Positions 1 to 12,387 of a stretch of DNA of 64,000 nucleotides are shown here, in pieces (the stretch's first letter is position 1; each line of letters opens with the position of its first letter). The DNA comes from Mobula hypostoma (taxonomy: Eukaryota). The stretch is from contig NC_086101.1 in assembly GCF_963921235.1 (NCBI RefSeq), forward strand, positions 12,400,001 to 12,464,000, in the 5' to 3' direction. The notes beneath the pieces were generated by a model, which was not told the DNA's origin, ran no database searches, and worked only from the letters and a program-made list of their open reading frames with translations. Both the position numbers and the translations under genes were made by a program.

Positions 1-655
1 CTTGAGACTTGAGGCGAGGCTAGAGGTGGGAGGCAGGAGACTTGATGCGAGGCTTGGCAGGCTCCTCCTGAGCAGGGCGCGGATCACCTCCCGACAGAGG
101 GAAGGGCCAGGAAGGGACAGAACCAACCCCAGATAACAGCAAGAAGGTCTGGCTTACCTGGGCAGAGGAAAGGATCTAGGAACAGGGTGGCTCCAGGACC
201 TGACAGCAAGATAAGGCAATGCTACTGGCAAAGCAAGGCAAAACGAGACCTTCAGGTTAGGCGAGAGTTACCAGCAAGATAAGGCAGGACTTCTGGCAAA
301 GCAAGGCGAGACAGAACTTCAGGTTAGGCGAGAGTTACCAGCAAGATAAGGCAGGACTTCTGGCAAAGCAAGGCGAGACAGAACTTCAGGCGAGGCCAGA
401 GTTACCAGCAAGACAAGGCAAGGCTTCAGGTGAGAAAACAGAAGGCAGGGGAAGGGATACAAGGAGTAAGGACAGGAACAATCCAGCAACCGCGCACTGG
501 TCTCTGGAGGTATTTCTGCAGCCAGCCCCAACGAGCATCAGTTGCCTCAATTAGCTCAACAAGAACAGAAACAGGGTAGATAGGAAAACCTGGAGCAAGG
601 GTCAATGGACTGGACCGTGAACCGGAATACGGACTTCACGGACCTGACTATGACA
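1..655 (-). mobile_element. LTR-like element (probable Gypsy-type LTR, runs off window start) inserted in HSP70 upstream-flank sequence
   Basis: Ends ...ATGACA at 655 (TGTCAT on the minus strand). Terminal motif GGACCGTGAACCGGAA is shared with 18236-18973. The sequence after it (GAAACAAACATCGAG) resumes the HSP70 upstream flank seen uninterrupted at ~12162. Confidence 0.5.
250..428. repeat. 67-bp tandem repeat (~2.6 copies) inside the LTR-like element
   Basis: CTTCAGG(TTAGGCGAGAGTTACCAGCAAG...) recurs at 250, 317 and 384. Confidence 0.85.
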
Positions 656-1475
656 GAAACAAACATCGAGAGTGTGTGTGGTGTGGGGATAATGTTGCTG
701 TTCATATTTATGTAATGACAATTTACGATGGAAAGCATTTATGTAATTTGTTTATGGGATTAAAAAATTACCCGATGACTTTTTAGTGACTTTCTATTGA
801 GGTTGACAGCGCTGAACTCTGCCTCACATCTGACCCCGAGCCTTTTTCTTTCTTTAGTCGTGGATTGGCCACCATACAGCATGACATTGTAAGATTGAAT
901 GGCAATCTTAGATACCTGGCGACAGTGCAGAAAATAATTAATGAAGGTAAAATCAGCATGTACATTTATGAATGGTGTAAAAGGCAGCAGAGATTAATTG
1001 GCCAGAGCATTAATTTTATTTTATATCAATTTCATGCCTGTGGTGTCGGCAAGCTTTAGAGTTTAGTTTGGCTCAATGGTGAGATGTGGTCCTGGAGGAT
1101 ACAGAAGGCTTGTGGAGGTTGTGGATAATGTCCATATTAGTTATTTATGGCATCCGTTAGTCTTGTGAGACCATGGATCTGCGCCTGGAAAGTTTTCGCT
1201 CAGGCCTGGACAAGGTTGTATGGAAGACCAGCAGTTGCCCATGCTGCAAGTCTCTCCTCTCCATGGCACCGATGTTGTCTCGGTGGCAACATCGATGCCT
1301 CAGCTGGGACTCGAATTCACGACCTTCAGATCGCTAGTCGAATGCCTTAACCACTTGGCCACTATATTAGTGATATTGCCCTAATATGTTGACCCGCTGC
1401 TGGAGGTTCGCTTGGGCCAGAGGTGTAAGGTGCTAGGATCAGCTCCGGATCAGAATCGGGTTTATCACAGACGGA

Positions 1476-2003
1476 CACTCAGTGGCCACTTTACTAGGTA
1501 CAGCTGGGTGTCTGCTGGTTAATTGAATCCACTAAACAGCCAATCCTTTGTGTCTGCAGGTTATGCAAACAACTGAACAGCCAATCCTGTGTTTCTGCTG
1601 GTTAATGCAAACAACTAAACAGCCAATAATGTGGCAGCAGCTCAGTGCATAATAGCATGCAGACATGGTCAAGTTGTTGTTCAGACCAAACAATGGATTG
1701 AGGAAGAAATGTGATTTTTACTGTGGAATGACTGTTGGTGCCAGGCAGGGTGGTTTGAGTATCTCAAAAACTACTGATCTCTGGGACTTTTGTTCGCAAC
1801 GTTCTCTAAAGTTTACAGAGAATGGTGTTTAAAACAAAAACCCTGCAGTGAGCGAAAATGCCTTGTTATTGAGAGTGGTCAGACTGGTTCTGGACGACAG
1901 GAAGGTGACAGTAACTCAAGTAACCACATGGTACAACAGTGGTGTTTACAAGAGTGTCTGAATGAACAGTATGGAGAACATTCAAATGGACCTGCTAGAG
2001 CAC
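1476..2003. mobile_element. Tc1/mariner-like non-autonomous element, right end missing
   Basis: Starts CACTCAGTGGCCACTTTACTAGGTACA, the TIR of the complete copy at 36089-36572. Paralogous copies at ~13543-13885 and ~61320-61934. Confidence 0.65.
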
Positions 2004-2477
2004 AGACGCACTCTAAGACAGCACTTTACTACAGTAAGAATATATATAAATATATGCATATTAAACAGTTAAATTAAGATACGTAGTGTAACCGCACAAA
2101 TTTTAAAAAAAGCAGTGAGGTAGTGTTCATAGCTTGTTGATCAGGACTGTGGGAATGGTGGTGTTAAATATTGATGGTGACAACGAACAGCATCCTCCTG
2201 TCCAGGCCTCAGGCCGTGTGAAGAGTGAGTTCATTTGAAGTGGAATGGCTTAATGAAACAATTGAAAAAGCTACACTGAAATCTCGTGAGTTTGGAACGT
2301 GCAGTTTCTGCTCATCTCCATCGGAAATTGAATTTTTGAATTGAATTGAATGATCTTTATTGTCATTATACATAGGTACAATGAAACTCTGTTTCTCAGG
2401 CAATTAAATAAAGCGGTAGATAAAAACAAGACAGTAATAGAAAAACAGTATTAAATGGATAAGTAACAGAAAATAAA

Positions 2478-3267
2478 TCTTCTCCCCTGAATCTTGAAGG
2501 GAATGTGCCCCAGTTCTAGTCTCACCTTCCAATAGAAACTAGTTTCCCATTTCTATCTTATCTATCCCTTTCAAAATTTTGTATGTTTCTATAAGATTCC
2601 CTCTCATTCTTCTGAATTCCAGAGAGTATAGTCCCAGGTGACTCAATCTCTCCTCGTAGGTTAACCCTTTCATCCATGGAATCAACCTGGTGAACTTCCT
2701 CTGCACTGCCTCCAAAGCCAGTATATCCTTCCTCAAGTATGGAGACCAGAACCGCACACAGTACCCTGTATAGTTGCAGTATCACCTCCCTGCTCTTGAA
2801 TTCAATCCCTCTAGCAATTAAGGCCAACATTCTGTTTGCCTTCTTCCTAACCTATTGTACCTGCAAGCCAACCTTTTGCAAGTCATGTACAAGTGCTCCC
2901 AAGTCCCTCTGCACAACAGCATGTTGCAATCTTTCACCATTTAAATAATAATCTGCTCTTCTATTATTCCTTCCAAAGTGGATGATCCCTCATTTACCAA
3001 AGTTGTATTCTATCTGCTAGGACTTAGCCCACTCACTTAACCTATCTATATCCCTCTGCAGACGCTCCATATCCTCTGTACAATTTGCTTTTCCACTCAG
3101 TTTAGTGTCATCAGCAGATTTTGCTACACTACACTCAGTCCCCTCTTCCAAATCATCAATGTAAATGGTAAACAGTTGCAGGCCCAGCACTGACCCCTGC
3201 AGCACCCCACTCACCACTGACGCCAACCGGAGATCCCATTTATGCCAACTCTCTGCCTTCTATCTGT
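2478..3267 (-). mobile_element. CR1 LINE ORF2 (RT C-terminal) fragment
   Basis: Peptides PQGSVLG-like, KSADDTKL, FWSPYLRKDI and LGLYSLEFRRMRG in broken frames. Paralogous to 14797-16008. Confidence 0.9.
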
Positions 3268-3269
3268 TA

Positions 3270-4089
3270 ACCAATCCACTATCAATGCCAATACACTTCC
3301 TCCGACTCCATGGATCCGTATCTTAATTAACCTGTGCGCCGTGTGTGGAAAATATCCTGATTTCCTTGCTGAAAATGCTGTCACAGTTAAGCAGTGCAAT
3401 GACTTCAAATTTGCTGTACAAGAAAAAATTAAATCCAAACTGATTACCAGCTCTTCTGAAATGGTGACATTTGCAACTCAAAATGAAGAGTTTTGTGAGC
3501 TTGCAAAGCTGACGGACATTGGCGGAACCTTTCTTACAACTCGCGCTGCTCGTGAAAGAGGTTTTATTGTCATGAATCAGATCAAAAACAAACTGAGGAA
3601 CCGTTTAAGTGAGTGTCATTTGGATATGCCAATGAGAATTCTCTGCTGGAAGGCGGATTTATTTGTCTGGACAAAGATTGGGTAGATGCCAAAGACAGCA
3701 GGGAGAAAAATGATGGAGCAACTTTGATATGTTCATTATCTTGTTCACGATTATGTCTCTAATATAATTAAGCTACCAATTCAGTGCTGTATGCAATGAT
3801 TTCGAAATAAAACACCTGTCTGGATATTTTGTCAACCATTTCAGATAACTTTAAAAACGTGAACCGATTGATATTGTTGCTTGCAGTCGTATTGTTCATG
3901 AGAAAGAAGACTCATTGATGTGTATTATTTTTTTTCTTTTAAACAATAAACAACAAACTGAATCAGTAATTTACTTTCATTAGAATTGCTTCAGGTTTAC
4001 TTCCTTGTAAAAATTCAGTGCGCACATGTTGTCATTGTGCAGTACAATTTTTTGCTCACACTGGTCATTATAAATTAGGAGGAACTTTG
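3270..4089 (+). mobile_element. hAT transposase C-terminal (dimerisation-domain) remnant and right end
   Basis: TFLTTRAARERGFIVMNQIKNKLRNRLSECHLD resembles the hAT C-terminal motif (S..CERGFS.MN.IK...RNRL). The same peptide occurs inverted at 58104-58450. Confidence 0.7.
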
Positions 4090-4343
4090 AGTTGAGGTGC
4101 TGAAGGAAATGGTCCCCCAATTCAAATGTTAAACTTGTGACAGTCCCTGTCCTGGACCTTTCATATCAATCTAATTGCAAAGAAAGTTTCTACTTCCTTA
4201 GGAGACTGTAGAGTTTGGCGTGTCATCAAAACCTACAGATGTGCAGTGGAAAGTGTATTGACTGGCTGCATTATGGCCTGATATGGGAACACCAATGCCT
4301 ATGAATGGAAAATTAGAATCAGAATCAGGTTTATTATCACAGG

Positions 4344-4612
4344 AACACACATCAAAGTTGCTGGTGAATGCAGCAGGCCAGGCAGCATCTCTAGGAAGAG
4401 GTACAGTCAACGTTTTAGGCCGAGACCCTTCGTCAGGACTAACTGAAGGAAGAGTTAGTAAGAGATTTGAAAGTGAGAAGGGTAGGGGGAGATCCAAAAT
4501 GATAGGAGAAGACAGGAGGGGGAGGGATGGAGCCAAGAGCTGCGAGTCTGAGTCAAAATGTGGTGGAAAAGTTGAAGAGCCGAAGAAATTGCAGATGGGG
4601 AGCAGTGAGAGA
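4344..4612. mobile_element. Penelope-associated short repeat inserted in a LINE 3' end
   Basis: ACACACATCAAAGTTGCTGGTGAATGCAGCAGGCCAGGCAGCATC family, also at 27512-27936, 40400-40530 and 48320-48635. Flanked by the direct repeat TATTATCACAGG (~4332 and ~4613). Confidence 0.6.
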
Positions 4613-5769
4613 TATTATCACAGGTATGTGTTGTGAAATCTGTTAATTTAGCAGCAGCAGTTCAATGCAATACCTTGCAATTCAATATAGAAAATAAATA
4701 CGCAAGTAGATCAATCACAGTAAGTCTATATATGTGCATTTAATACATTAAAACTAGTACAAAACAATTTTTTAAATATATATATATGAGGTAGTATTCA
4801 TGGTGGGTCTGATTTCTGAATGGTCATTGAACCCATGAACACTGATTGCAGTGGGGAAGAAGCTATTCCTGAATTGCTAATAATAAATTTTACTTTGAAC
4901 TTTGAACGTTTCCAGATTCCAACCACCCTCTGGGAGATGAAGTTCATTCTCAGGTCCCACTAACCCTCGTTCCTAAACTCTGGTTTGAACTCGACTGTCC
5001 ACTGGGTAAACAATGACCCTGTCCACGCTACCTGGGCCTCTCTCTCCCATCTATGATCACCAAAGAAAACAAATCTAACCTGACCCGTCACTAGATTTCT
5101 CTCAGTTGTCGGGGGATGGAGGCAAAACCCAACAGCTTTAAAATTGATGAGAAACACTTGTAGAAGAGATTAAAAGTTTTCCTCCGAATAGAAATATCAA
5201 ATACTTGCATTTCTATGATGATGGAGTTAGTTTAAAGGAGATTTTCTTTCACCCAGAGGCTGGTGGTTTTCCCGGGAACGAGCAGCTTGTCGTGGTGATG
5301 GAAGCAGATACGGTGCAGTTTAAGAGCGTTTTAAATAAGAACAAGACCGGGTATGAAGAGATAGGGATCGTGTGGAGGTAGAAGGGATTTAATTTTATTT
5401 GGCATAACGTTGTGTACAGGCATTTTCGGCCGAAAAACCTGCTCGTGTGCTGTCCTGTGTTCACTCTCCCTTCATAAGTGAAAAGCTAACACTTGTGCTT
5501 ACAGGGATAAGTGCCGGGTGGGAGATCCGTGGGGAGGGACGTGTGGATCAAGGATTCACGGAGGGACCCTGCGGAAGGTAGAGAGGGATGGAGAGGGAAA
5601 CATGTGAAATTAAGAGATTTTCTCCGCATAGAAATATCAAATACTTGCATTTTTATGATGAGGGAGTTAGTTTATGATCAGGGAGCTGCATGGCGTGGTG
5701 GTGGAAGCTGATATGGTGCAGTTTTAAATAAGAACTTGCCGGGTATGAAGAGATAAGGATCGTGCGGCG

Positions 5770-6220
5770 GCAAAAGGGATTTAATTTTATTTGGCATAAC
5801 GTTGTGTACAGGCATTTTGGGCCGAAAACCCTGCTGGTCTGTTCAGTCTCTCCTCATAAGTGAAAAGCTAACAGCCCTGCAACTTCCTGGCTAATCTCCC
5901 CTTCACCCTTTTCAGCGCAATCCCGGTCTGCGGGGCCGGGGACGGGGTCGCCTGTTCATTCACCCTGTGGGCCTCAGGCAGCTCCCTGCATTTCCTCAAG
6001 GAAAACACTGACACCGTGCGGTCGGGTTCGGCAACGACCAGTCGCTGCAAAACCAATCGTGGCGCACATTTCCTTTTTTGGAAAAGATGCAGATTTAGGT
6101 CTTGGAATTGTCAGCACTAAACTACAGCAGTTAATCAAATAATCTAGATTTAGGGCATTTGTGGTAACGGTATTCTAGGAGGATCGTTCCTAAAAGTAGG
6201 AAATATATCTTCAAAATATT
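5770..6220 (+). promoter_or_regulatory. Orphan U1 upstream region (CCAAT, octamer-like ATGCAGAT, SPH-like TTGGAATTGTCAG) whose U1 gene is deleted
   Basis: Colinear with 27020-27445, which precedes a U1 copy. Homology to 16750-17044 stops right at the predicted PSE. Confidence 0.65.
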
Positions 6221-6346
6221 TGGGTGGCCATAAGTCTGGATATGTACAGACCACAACGGAAACGTATGTAAAGGATGGAAAGTTATTGAATGGTTTATTG
6301 TATATATAATTTATTTTTGTATAAAGTATATTTTAAAATAAAAAAA
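6221..6346 (+). mobile_element. Tx1-clade retrotransposon 3' end (subfamily a) at a deletion junction
   Basis: Matches the 3' UTR/A-tail at 11640-11750 and 27650-27774 (GGGTGGC.ATAA...GTTATTGAATGGTTTATTGTATATA...AATAAAAAAA). Confidence 0.75.
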
Positions 6347-7265
6347 ATTCTGCGTGTTCTATTGTAGAGCAGAGGCAGTTCACTATTTAAGGGAGACAGT
6401 TTTGAATACCACAGGCGCCAATCAAGACGGCGTTAATACAGAAATATCTCACTGTGGTAAAATAGTTTAACTTGGTCCTCAGGGCAGGAGATAAAGTCCA
6501 TGAGCAGGATACTTGTTGCCAGTGGATTTGATGAGTTTCTGCTTACAGTCTGCTGTTGGTCCACTGTTCATTTTCCCAACATAGATACTGCCTGACTTTC
6601 AAGGAGGAGGTACAGGAGCCAGGAGACACACCCAACTTTTCAAGAAAAACTTCTTCCCCTCTGCCATCAGAATCCTAGCCTCAAGCCCACTAACTCACAA
6701 TATTTTGCCGCCATTCTGCAATAACTATTTAATTTATTTTATATGTATTTCTTATCGTATTTTATATATAGTTTTAGAAATTACAATGTATTGCAATGTT
6801 CTGCTGCCACAAAACAACAAAGTTCAAACATATATCAATGGTATCAAATAGTGTATGTGTGTGTTGTGTGTGTCCAGTATTGGCGGTATCACTCCAGTGC
6901 ATTGAAGACCTGCTGCAGGTAGTCCTTGGCTGATAAAGTTCTTTTACGTCCGGACATGATACGATGTTGGTGATGCACAGAAACGCCAACAGTTGTGCGG
7001 AGAGCAGCTGGGAAAAGGCCCTTCCACCCAACTTGTCCAAGCCCCACAACAGCATCCTCCCGGCTAGTTCCAGTTGCCCGCAATCTGTCAATCACCTCCC
7101 CTCCAGGTACCTGTCCAAACACACACCTCAAAACTGAGCCTGCTGCCAATACTAATCGTCCCCAGTAAATGGGATTCTCTCCCAAGGCAGCTAATTAAGC
7201 CGTTTTTGGTGACAGTGCCGGATCTCCTGGCAAAAGCCTTTGGTAAAGTAATGCCAAAGTGCACC

Positions 7266-8397
7266 AAGAGTCATGGTTTTTGACTTCTCCAATGCGTTCA
7301 ACACAATCCACCCTGCTCTGCTGGGGGAGAAGCTGACAGCGATGCAGGTGGATGCTTTCCTGGTGTCATGGATTCTTGATTACCTGACTGGCAGACCACA
7401 GTACATGTGCTTGCAACACTGTGTGTCCGACAGAGTGATCAGCAGCACTGGGGCTCCACAGGGGACTGTCTTGTCTCCCTTTCTCTTCACCATTTACACC
7501 TCGGACTTCAACTACTGCACAGAGTCTTGACATCTTCAGAAGTTTTCTGATGACTCTGTCATAGTTGGATGCATCAGCAAGGGAGATGAGGCTGAGTACA
7601 GGGCCACGGTAGGAAAGTTTGTCACATGGTGTGAGCAGAATTATCTGCAGCTTAATGTGAAAAAGACTAAGGAGCTGGTGGTGGACCTGAGGAGAGCTAA
7701 GGTACCGGTGACCCCTGTTTCCATCCAGGGGGTCAGTGTGGACATGGTGGAGGATTACAAATACCTGGGGATACGAATTGACCATAAACTGGACTGGTCA
7801 AAGAACACTGAGGCTGTCTACAAGAAGGGTCAGAGCCGTCTCTATTTCCTGAGGAGACTGAGGTCCTTTAACATCTGTCAGACGATGCTGAGGATGTTCT
7901 ACGAGTCTGTGGTGGCCAGTGCTATCATGTTTACTGTTGTGTGCTGGGGCATCAGGCCGAGCGTAGCAGACACCAACAGAATCAACAAACTGATTCGTAA
8001 GGCCAGTGATGTTGTGGGGATGGAACTGGACACTCTGACGGTGGTGTCTGAGAAGAGGATGCTGTCCAAGTTGCATGCCATCTTGGACAACGTCTCCCAT
8101 CCACTACATAATGTACTGGTTGGGCACAGGAGTACATTCAGCCAAAGACTCATTCCACTGAGATGCAACACAGAATGTCATAGGAAGTCATTCCTGCCTG
8201 TGGCCATCAAGCTTTAGAACTCCTCCCTTGGAGTTTCAGACACCCTGAGCCAATAGGCTAGTTCTGGACTTATTTCCTGGCATAATTTACATATTACTAT
8301 TTAACTATTTATGGTTTTATTACTATTTAATTATTTATGGTGCAACTGTAACAAAAACCAATTTCCCCCAGGATCAATAAAGTATGACTATGACTAT
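7266..8397 (+). mobile_element. Rex1/Babar-type non-LTR retrotransposon, 5'-truncated
   Basis: RT peptides DFSNAFNTI, GAPQGTVLSPFLFTIYT and KFSDD, plus C-terminal LYFLRRLRSF. Tail is (TATGAC)n. The empty site CAAACTGCACCTGTGAG is visible at 19701 and 32196. Confidence 0.85.
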
Positions 8398-8913
8398 CAC
8401 CTGTGAGAGTGGGGAAGTGTTGACAAAAGAGATCCAGAAAGAAGGTGTGCTGGAAATTAGAAGGAAGATATCCCTGGGAAAGGGAGGAAGAGGAGGGAAC
8501 ATTAATTGAGATACAGTGATACTTTAACACCTATAAATTGTTGACTTCATGTTTTTGAAAACAAAATGGCAAGTTTTCCTTCCCTGGTGATGAAATATAA
8601 TTACACCCAATTTTTTTAAAAAATAAAAGATTTATTAAAAGCATGTTACAAGATACTTAAAACTGTAAAAAGATTACATTCCAAAACAGACGACTTAAAA
8701 AAAATAAAGTAACCCAATACAGAAAACCCGATCAAAGGAATTGAATAGACCTAGTTACCAATGTTTACAAACACAGCCAGATTCAGGACATTGACATAAC
8801 CCTGTGGTGTTACAGTGAAGACTATTCCCAAGTGCCAACATTAGCATCAGACCCACTGAAGTGTCCAGAGAGCTCAAACCGTGCAAGCCCCAGACAGTCA
8901 CATTTACAGTCCT

Positions 8914-10836
8914 TTAATCCACCTCCTCAATAGTTGGTCCGGCAGAACTGGCATTCCCAGCCTGTGCCCTGCACGATTCCCCTGCGGCTGCTCCTTGGTA
9001 CAGTTTGGCAATGATGGGATTGCAGAGTTTTTCCAGCTCTTTCTGCTTGTGCTCAAACTCCTCCTTCTCTGCCATCTGATTCTTCTCCAGCCAGGATATT
9101 GTCTCGTTGCACAGGTCAATGACTTTCCTCTTGTCCTCAGCACTGATCTTTCCGGCCATCTTCTCATCCTCCACAGAGCCCTTCATGTTGAAGGCATAGG
9201 ACTCCAGGGAGTTCTTGGCTGCAATCTTCTGCCGCTGCATTTCATCCTCATTCTTGTACTTCTCTGCATCTTGCACCATCCTGTCAATTTCCTCCTTACT
9301 CAGCCTGCCCTTGTCGTTGGTGATGGTGATCTTGTTTGTTTTCCCGGTGCTCTTGTCAACAGCAGAGACGTTGAGAATGCCATTGGCGTCAATATCGAAG
9401 GTCACCTCAATCTGGGGTACGCCACGAGGAGCGGGAGGGATGCCACTCAACTCAAACTTGCCCAGAAGGTTGTTGTCCTTGGTCATGGCTCTCTCACCTT
9501 CAAACACCTGAATAAGGACCCCAGGCTGGTTATCAGAGTAGGTGCTGAAGATTTGGGTCTGCTTGGTGGGGATTGTTGTGTTACGCTTGATAAGGGTGGT
9601 CATGACTCCACCTGCCGTCTCCAGCCCCAGTGACAGAGCAGCAACATCCAGGAGTAGCAGATCCTGAACATTCTCCGACTTGTCGCCCATCAGAATGGCC
9701 GCCTGGACAGCTGCCCCATAGGCCACGGCCTCATCGGGGTTGATGCTCTTGTTCAGCTCCCTACCGTTGAAGAAATCTTGCAGCAGCTTCTGGATCTTGG
9801 GGATTCGGGTGGAGCCTCCGACCAGGACAATTTCATGGATCTGGGATTTGTCCAGCTTGGCATCTCTCAGGGCTTTCTCCACTGGCTCCAGAGTGCCCCT
9901 GAACAGGTCAGAGTTCAGCTCCTCAAAGCGAGCCCTGGTGAGTGAGGTGTAGAAATCAACTCCCTCAAACAGAGAGTCAATCTCAATACTGGCTTGGGTG
10001 CTGGAAGACAGCGTTCTCTTTGCTCTCTCACAGGCCGTCCGCAGCCTCCTCACCGCTCTCTTGTTCTGGCTGATGTCTTTCTTGTATTTCCGCTTGAACT
10101 CCTCAATGAAGTGATTGACCATGCGGTTGTCAAAGTCCTCTCCTCCCAGGTGGGTATCTCCAGCTGTTGATTTCACTTCAAAGATACCGTCATCGATGGA
10201 GAGAATGGACACATCGAAAGTGCCACCACCCAGGTCAAAGATGAGAACATTACGCTCCCCTTTGCCTTTCTTGTCCAGACCATAGGCAATGGCAGCTGCT
10301 GTTGGCTCATTGATGACACGCAGGACATTGAGACCAGCTATCACACCAGCATCTTTGGTTGCCTGGCGTTGGGAGTCATTGAAGTAAGCAGGAACGGTGA
10401 TGACAGCGTTGGTGACTCTGCAGCCAAGGTAAGCCTCAGCAATTTCCTTCATCTTGGTCAGCACCATGGAGGAGATTTCCTCTGGGTAAAAGGTTTTGTT
10501 CTCCCCCTTGTACTCCACCTTCACCTTTGGCTTCCCCGCATCACTCACCACCTGGAAGGGCCAGTGCTTCATGTCAGAATGCACCGTCGGGTCATCAAAC
10601 CTTCTCCCGATGAGCCGCTTGGCATCAAAGATGGTGTTGGCGGGGTTCATTGCCACCTGGTTCTTTGCTGCATCACCGATGAGCCTCTCGGTGTCGTTGA
10701 AGGCCACATAGCTGGGGGTGGTGCGATTGCCCTGGTCATTGGCGATGATCTCCACCTTGCCATGTTGGAAGACCCCTACACAGGAGTAGGTGGTGCCCAG
10801 GTCGATACCGATGGCTGTCCCCTTTGATGCAGACAT
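8914..10836 (-). CDS. hsp70: Heat shock 70 kDa protein, inducible cytosolic type, intronless (copy A, 640 aa)
   Basis: Single ORF with [32 protein letters not shown] and a C-terminal GPTIEEVD. HSEs upstream; AATAAA at 8631-8636 (-). Confidence 0.98.
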   Translation of the reverse strand: MSASKGTAIGIDLGTTYSCVGVFQHGKVEIIANDQGNRTTPSYVAFNDTERLIGDAAKNQVAMNPANTIFDAKRLIGRRFDDPTVHSDMKHWPFQVVSDAGKPKVKVEYKGENKTFYPEEISSMVLTKMKEIAEAYLGCRVTNAVITVPAYFNDSQRQATKDAGVIAGLNVLRVINEPTAAAIAYGLDKKGKGERNVLIFDLGGGTFDVSILSIDDGIFEVKSTAGDTHLGGEDFDNRMVNHFIEEFKRKYKKDISQNKRAVRRLRTACERAKRTLSSSTQASIEIDSLFEGVDFYTSLTRARFEELNSDLFRGTLEPVEKALRDAKLDKSQIHEIVLVGGSTRIPKIQKLLQDFFNGRELNKSINPDEAVAYGAAVQAAILMGDKSENVQDLLLLDVAALSLGLETAGGVMTTLIKRNTTIPTKQTQIFSTYSDNQPGVLIQVFEGERAMTKDNNLLGKFELSGIPPAPRGVPQIEVTFDIDANGILNVSAVDKSTGKTNKITITNDKGRLSKEEIDRMVQDAEKYKNEDEMQRQKIAAKNSLESYAFNMKGSVEDEKMAGKISAEDKRKVIDLCNETISWLEKNQMAEKEEFEHKQKELEKLCNPIIAKLYQGAAAGESCRAQAGNASSAGPTIEEVD

Positions 10837-10939
10837 CTGTGTTTCTGACGAAAGCTCCGACGTTCTTTATTGAAATACCAGAAGGAACTCGTTGCTTCTC
10901 CAAGCCGATCGTTTACTGCCTGGTCCGCTGCTCCGTCCC

Positions 10940-11112
10940 TTAATATTGTCCCAGCACAGGGTGTGGGCGGTGCTTTGTTCTTGAGGGACGACCAGGTAAA
11001 CCAATGAAAACGCCGGCGAGTGACTCACCGCCGAAGGTTGGAGAAGGTTCCGAGGCGGCGGCCAATCACAGCGCTGCTAGTCTGAGACTTGCCAGGGCTT
11101 CGCGAATATTCT
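10940..11112 (-). promoter_or_regulatory. HSP70-A promoter: TATA-like box, GC box, two CCAAT boxes, AP-1 site, two heat shock elements
   Basis: Perfect 3-unit HSE cTTCg cGAAt aTTCt at 11098-11112; aGAAg gTTCc at 11042-11051; CCAAT at ~11001 and ~11062; TGACTCA at ~11021; AATATTAA (-) at 10940-10947. Confidence 0.88.
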
Positions 11113-11346
11113 GGTAATAGCGAGAAAGATCTGGTGCAGTCAAGGAGGTTCTGGCTGAAAACCGAGTCATTCGGGAACCTTTTGAAACACTTCTTAAACT
11201 ATACGAAACCAGCAATTTCTTCCGAAAGTTCCCTACACGCAAGAAAAAATCTCAAGCACCTTCTGGGGAGAGAATTCTCTGGCTTTAATGGACAAAGCAG
11301 CAAACAGGGAACGGCAGCTCTGGTTAATATCTGCAGGACGAAATTA

Positions 11347-11750
11347 TGTGCTGCTGGCAGATCATGAACTCGGTGAAAGACGCTCTTTGGTCGGCCCGAA
11401 ACTTGATGATCTACCAGCACATGGAGATGTCCGTGGGAGAATGCTGCCGACTGGCACATTCTCGACTGCAGGAGTACGTGCTGAGGGACGCACTGAAACT
11501 TGGTGCAGCCACCGCAAGGGCCCGGTGGGGAAGGACCACAGTATAGGTTTCTCCACCCGTGGGAGTGGGAGGGGTCGGAGGGCGTGGTGTATACCCCTCA
11601 ACAATGATATGCTAAGCTGAACTACTGGAGTGCCACGTGGGTGGCTATAAATACGGATATGTACTGACTATAATGGAAACGTATGGAAAGTTACTGAATG
11701 GTTTATTGTATATATTTATTTTTGAATAAAGTATATTTTGAAATAAAAAA
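11347..11750 (+). mobile_element. Tx1-clade retrotransposon, 5'-truncated (ORF2 C-terminus, 3' UTR, A-tail; subfamily a)
   Basis: CCWQIMNSVKDALWSARN...ECCRLAHSRLQEYVLRD...WGRTTV*, then AATAAA and an A-tail. Absent from the paralogous promoters of B (GACGAAATTAGTAAC at ~35147) and D. Confidence 0.82.
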
Positions 11751-12387
11751 ACAGAGCACTTCAAAGAAGCATAGAACTGAAAGGCAGAGTTTATGACATT
11801 AAATTTTGACAAAAGGACTTTTGCAGTGTTTGTGACCATAACAGGACGTGACGTGGAGTTTAAAAAATATTATCAGACTGGCAGAAATGATGGTAAAGTT
11901 TGCGCGAGAAGTTTTTTTTTGTTTTGGTATAGATATACAGGTTCACATGTCATAATTACTCCTTTTGCAGCCCTAGCATAGTATATTGCTAAGGGAAGGT
12001 GACTTAAACAGGTTAAAATAAATTATCCGTAACGCAGCGATGTTAGTGTTGTCAGATTCTCCCAGACTCTGCACCAGATCTACCTCGCCACCTCCAGAAT
12101 TATCGCAAAGTTCCGGCGGCTTGCGAGCTCTCAGCGATACTCCCCGTGTAGAGTCGGTTATGAAACAAACATCGAGTGTGTATGTCGTGTGGGGATAATA
12201 TTGTTTTTCAGATTTATGTAACGACAATTTACGATGGAAAACATTTATTCTATTTGTTAATGGGATTGAAATTTACCCGATGACTTTTTAGTGAGTTTCT
12301 ATCGAGGTTGACAGCGCTGAACTCCACCTCACCTCTGACCGGGAGCCTTTTTCTTTCTTTAGCCATGGATTGGCCAGAATACAGCAT

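Noticed and set aside
5170-5880. Local ~440-bp-period duplication upstream of the first U1 promoter
   Set aside because: Degenerate LINE-tail-derived sequence; no functional signal seen.
8881-9633. 250-aa, 152-aa and 98-aa antisense ORFs over each HSP70 (also 32690-33442, 51984-52736)
   Set aside because: Long antisense frames are a well-known by-product of HSP70 codon usage. Their recurrence only reflects the gene duplication.
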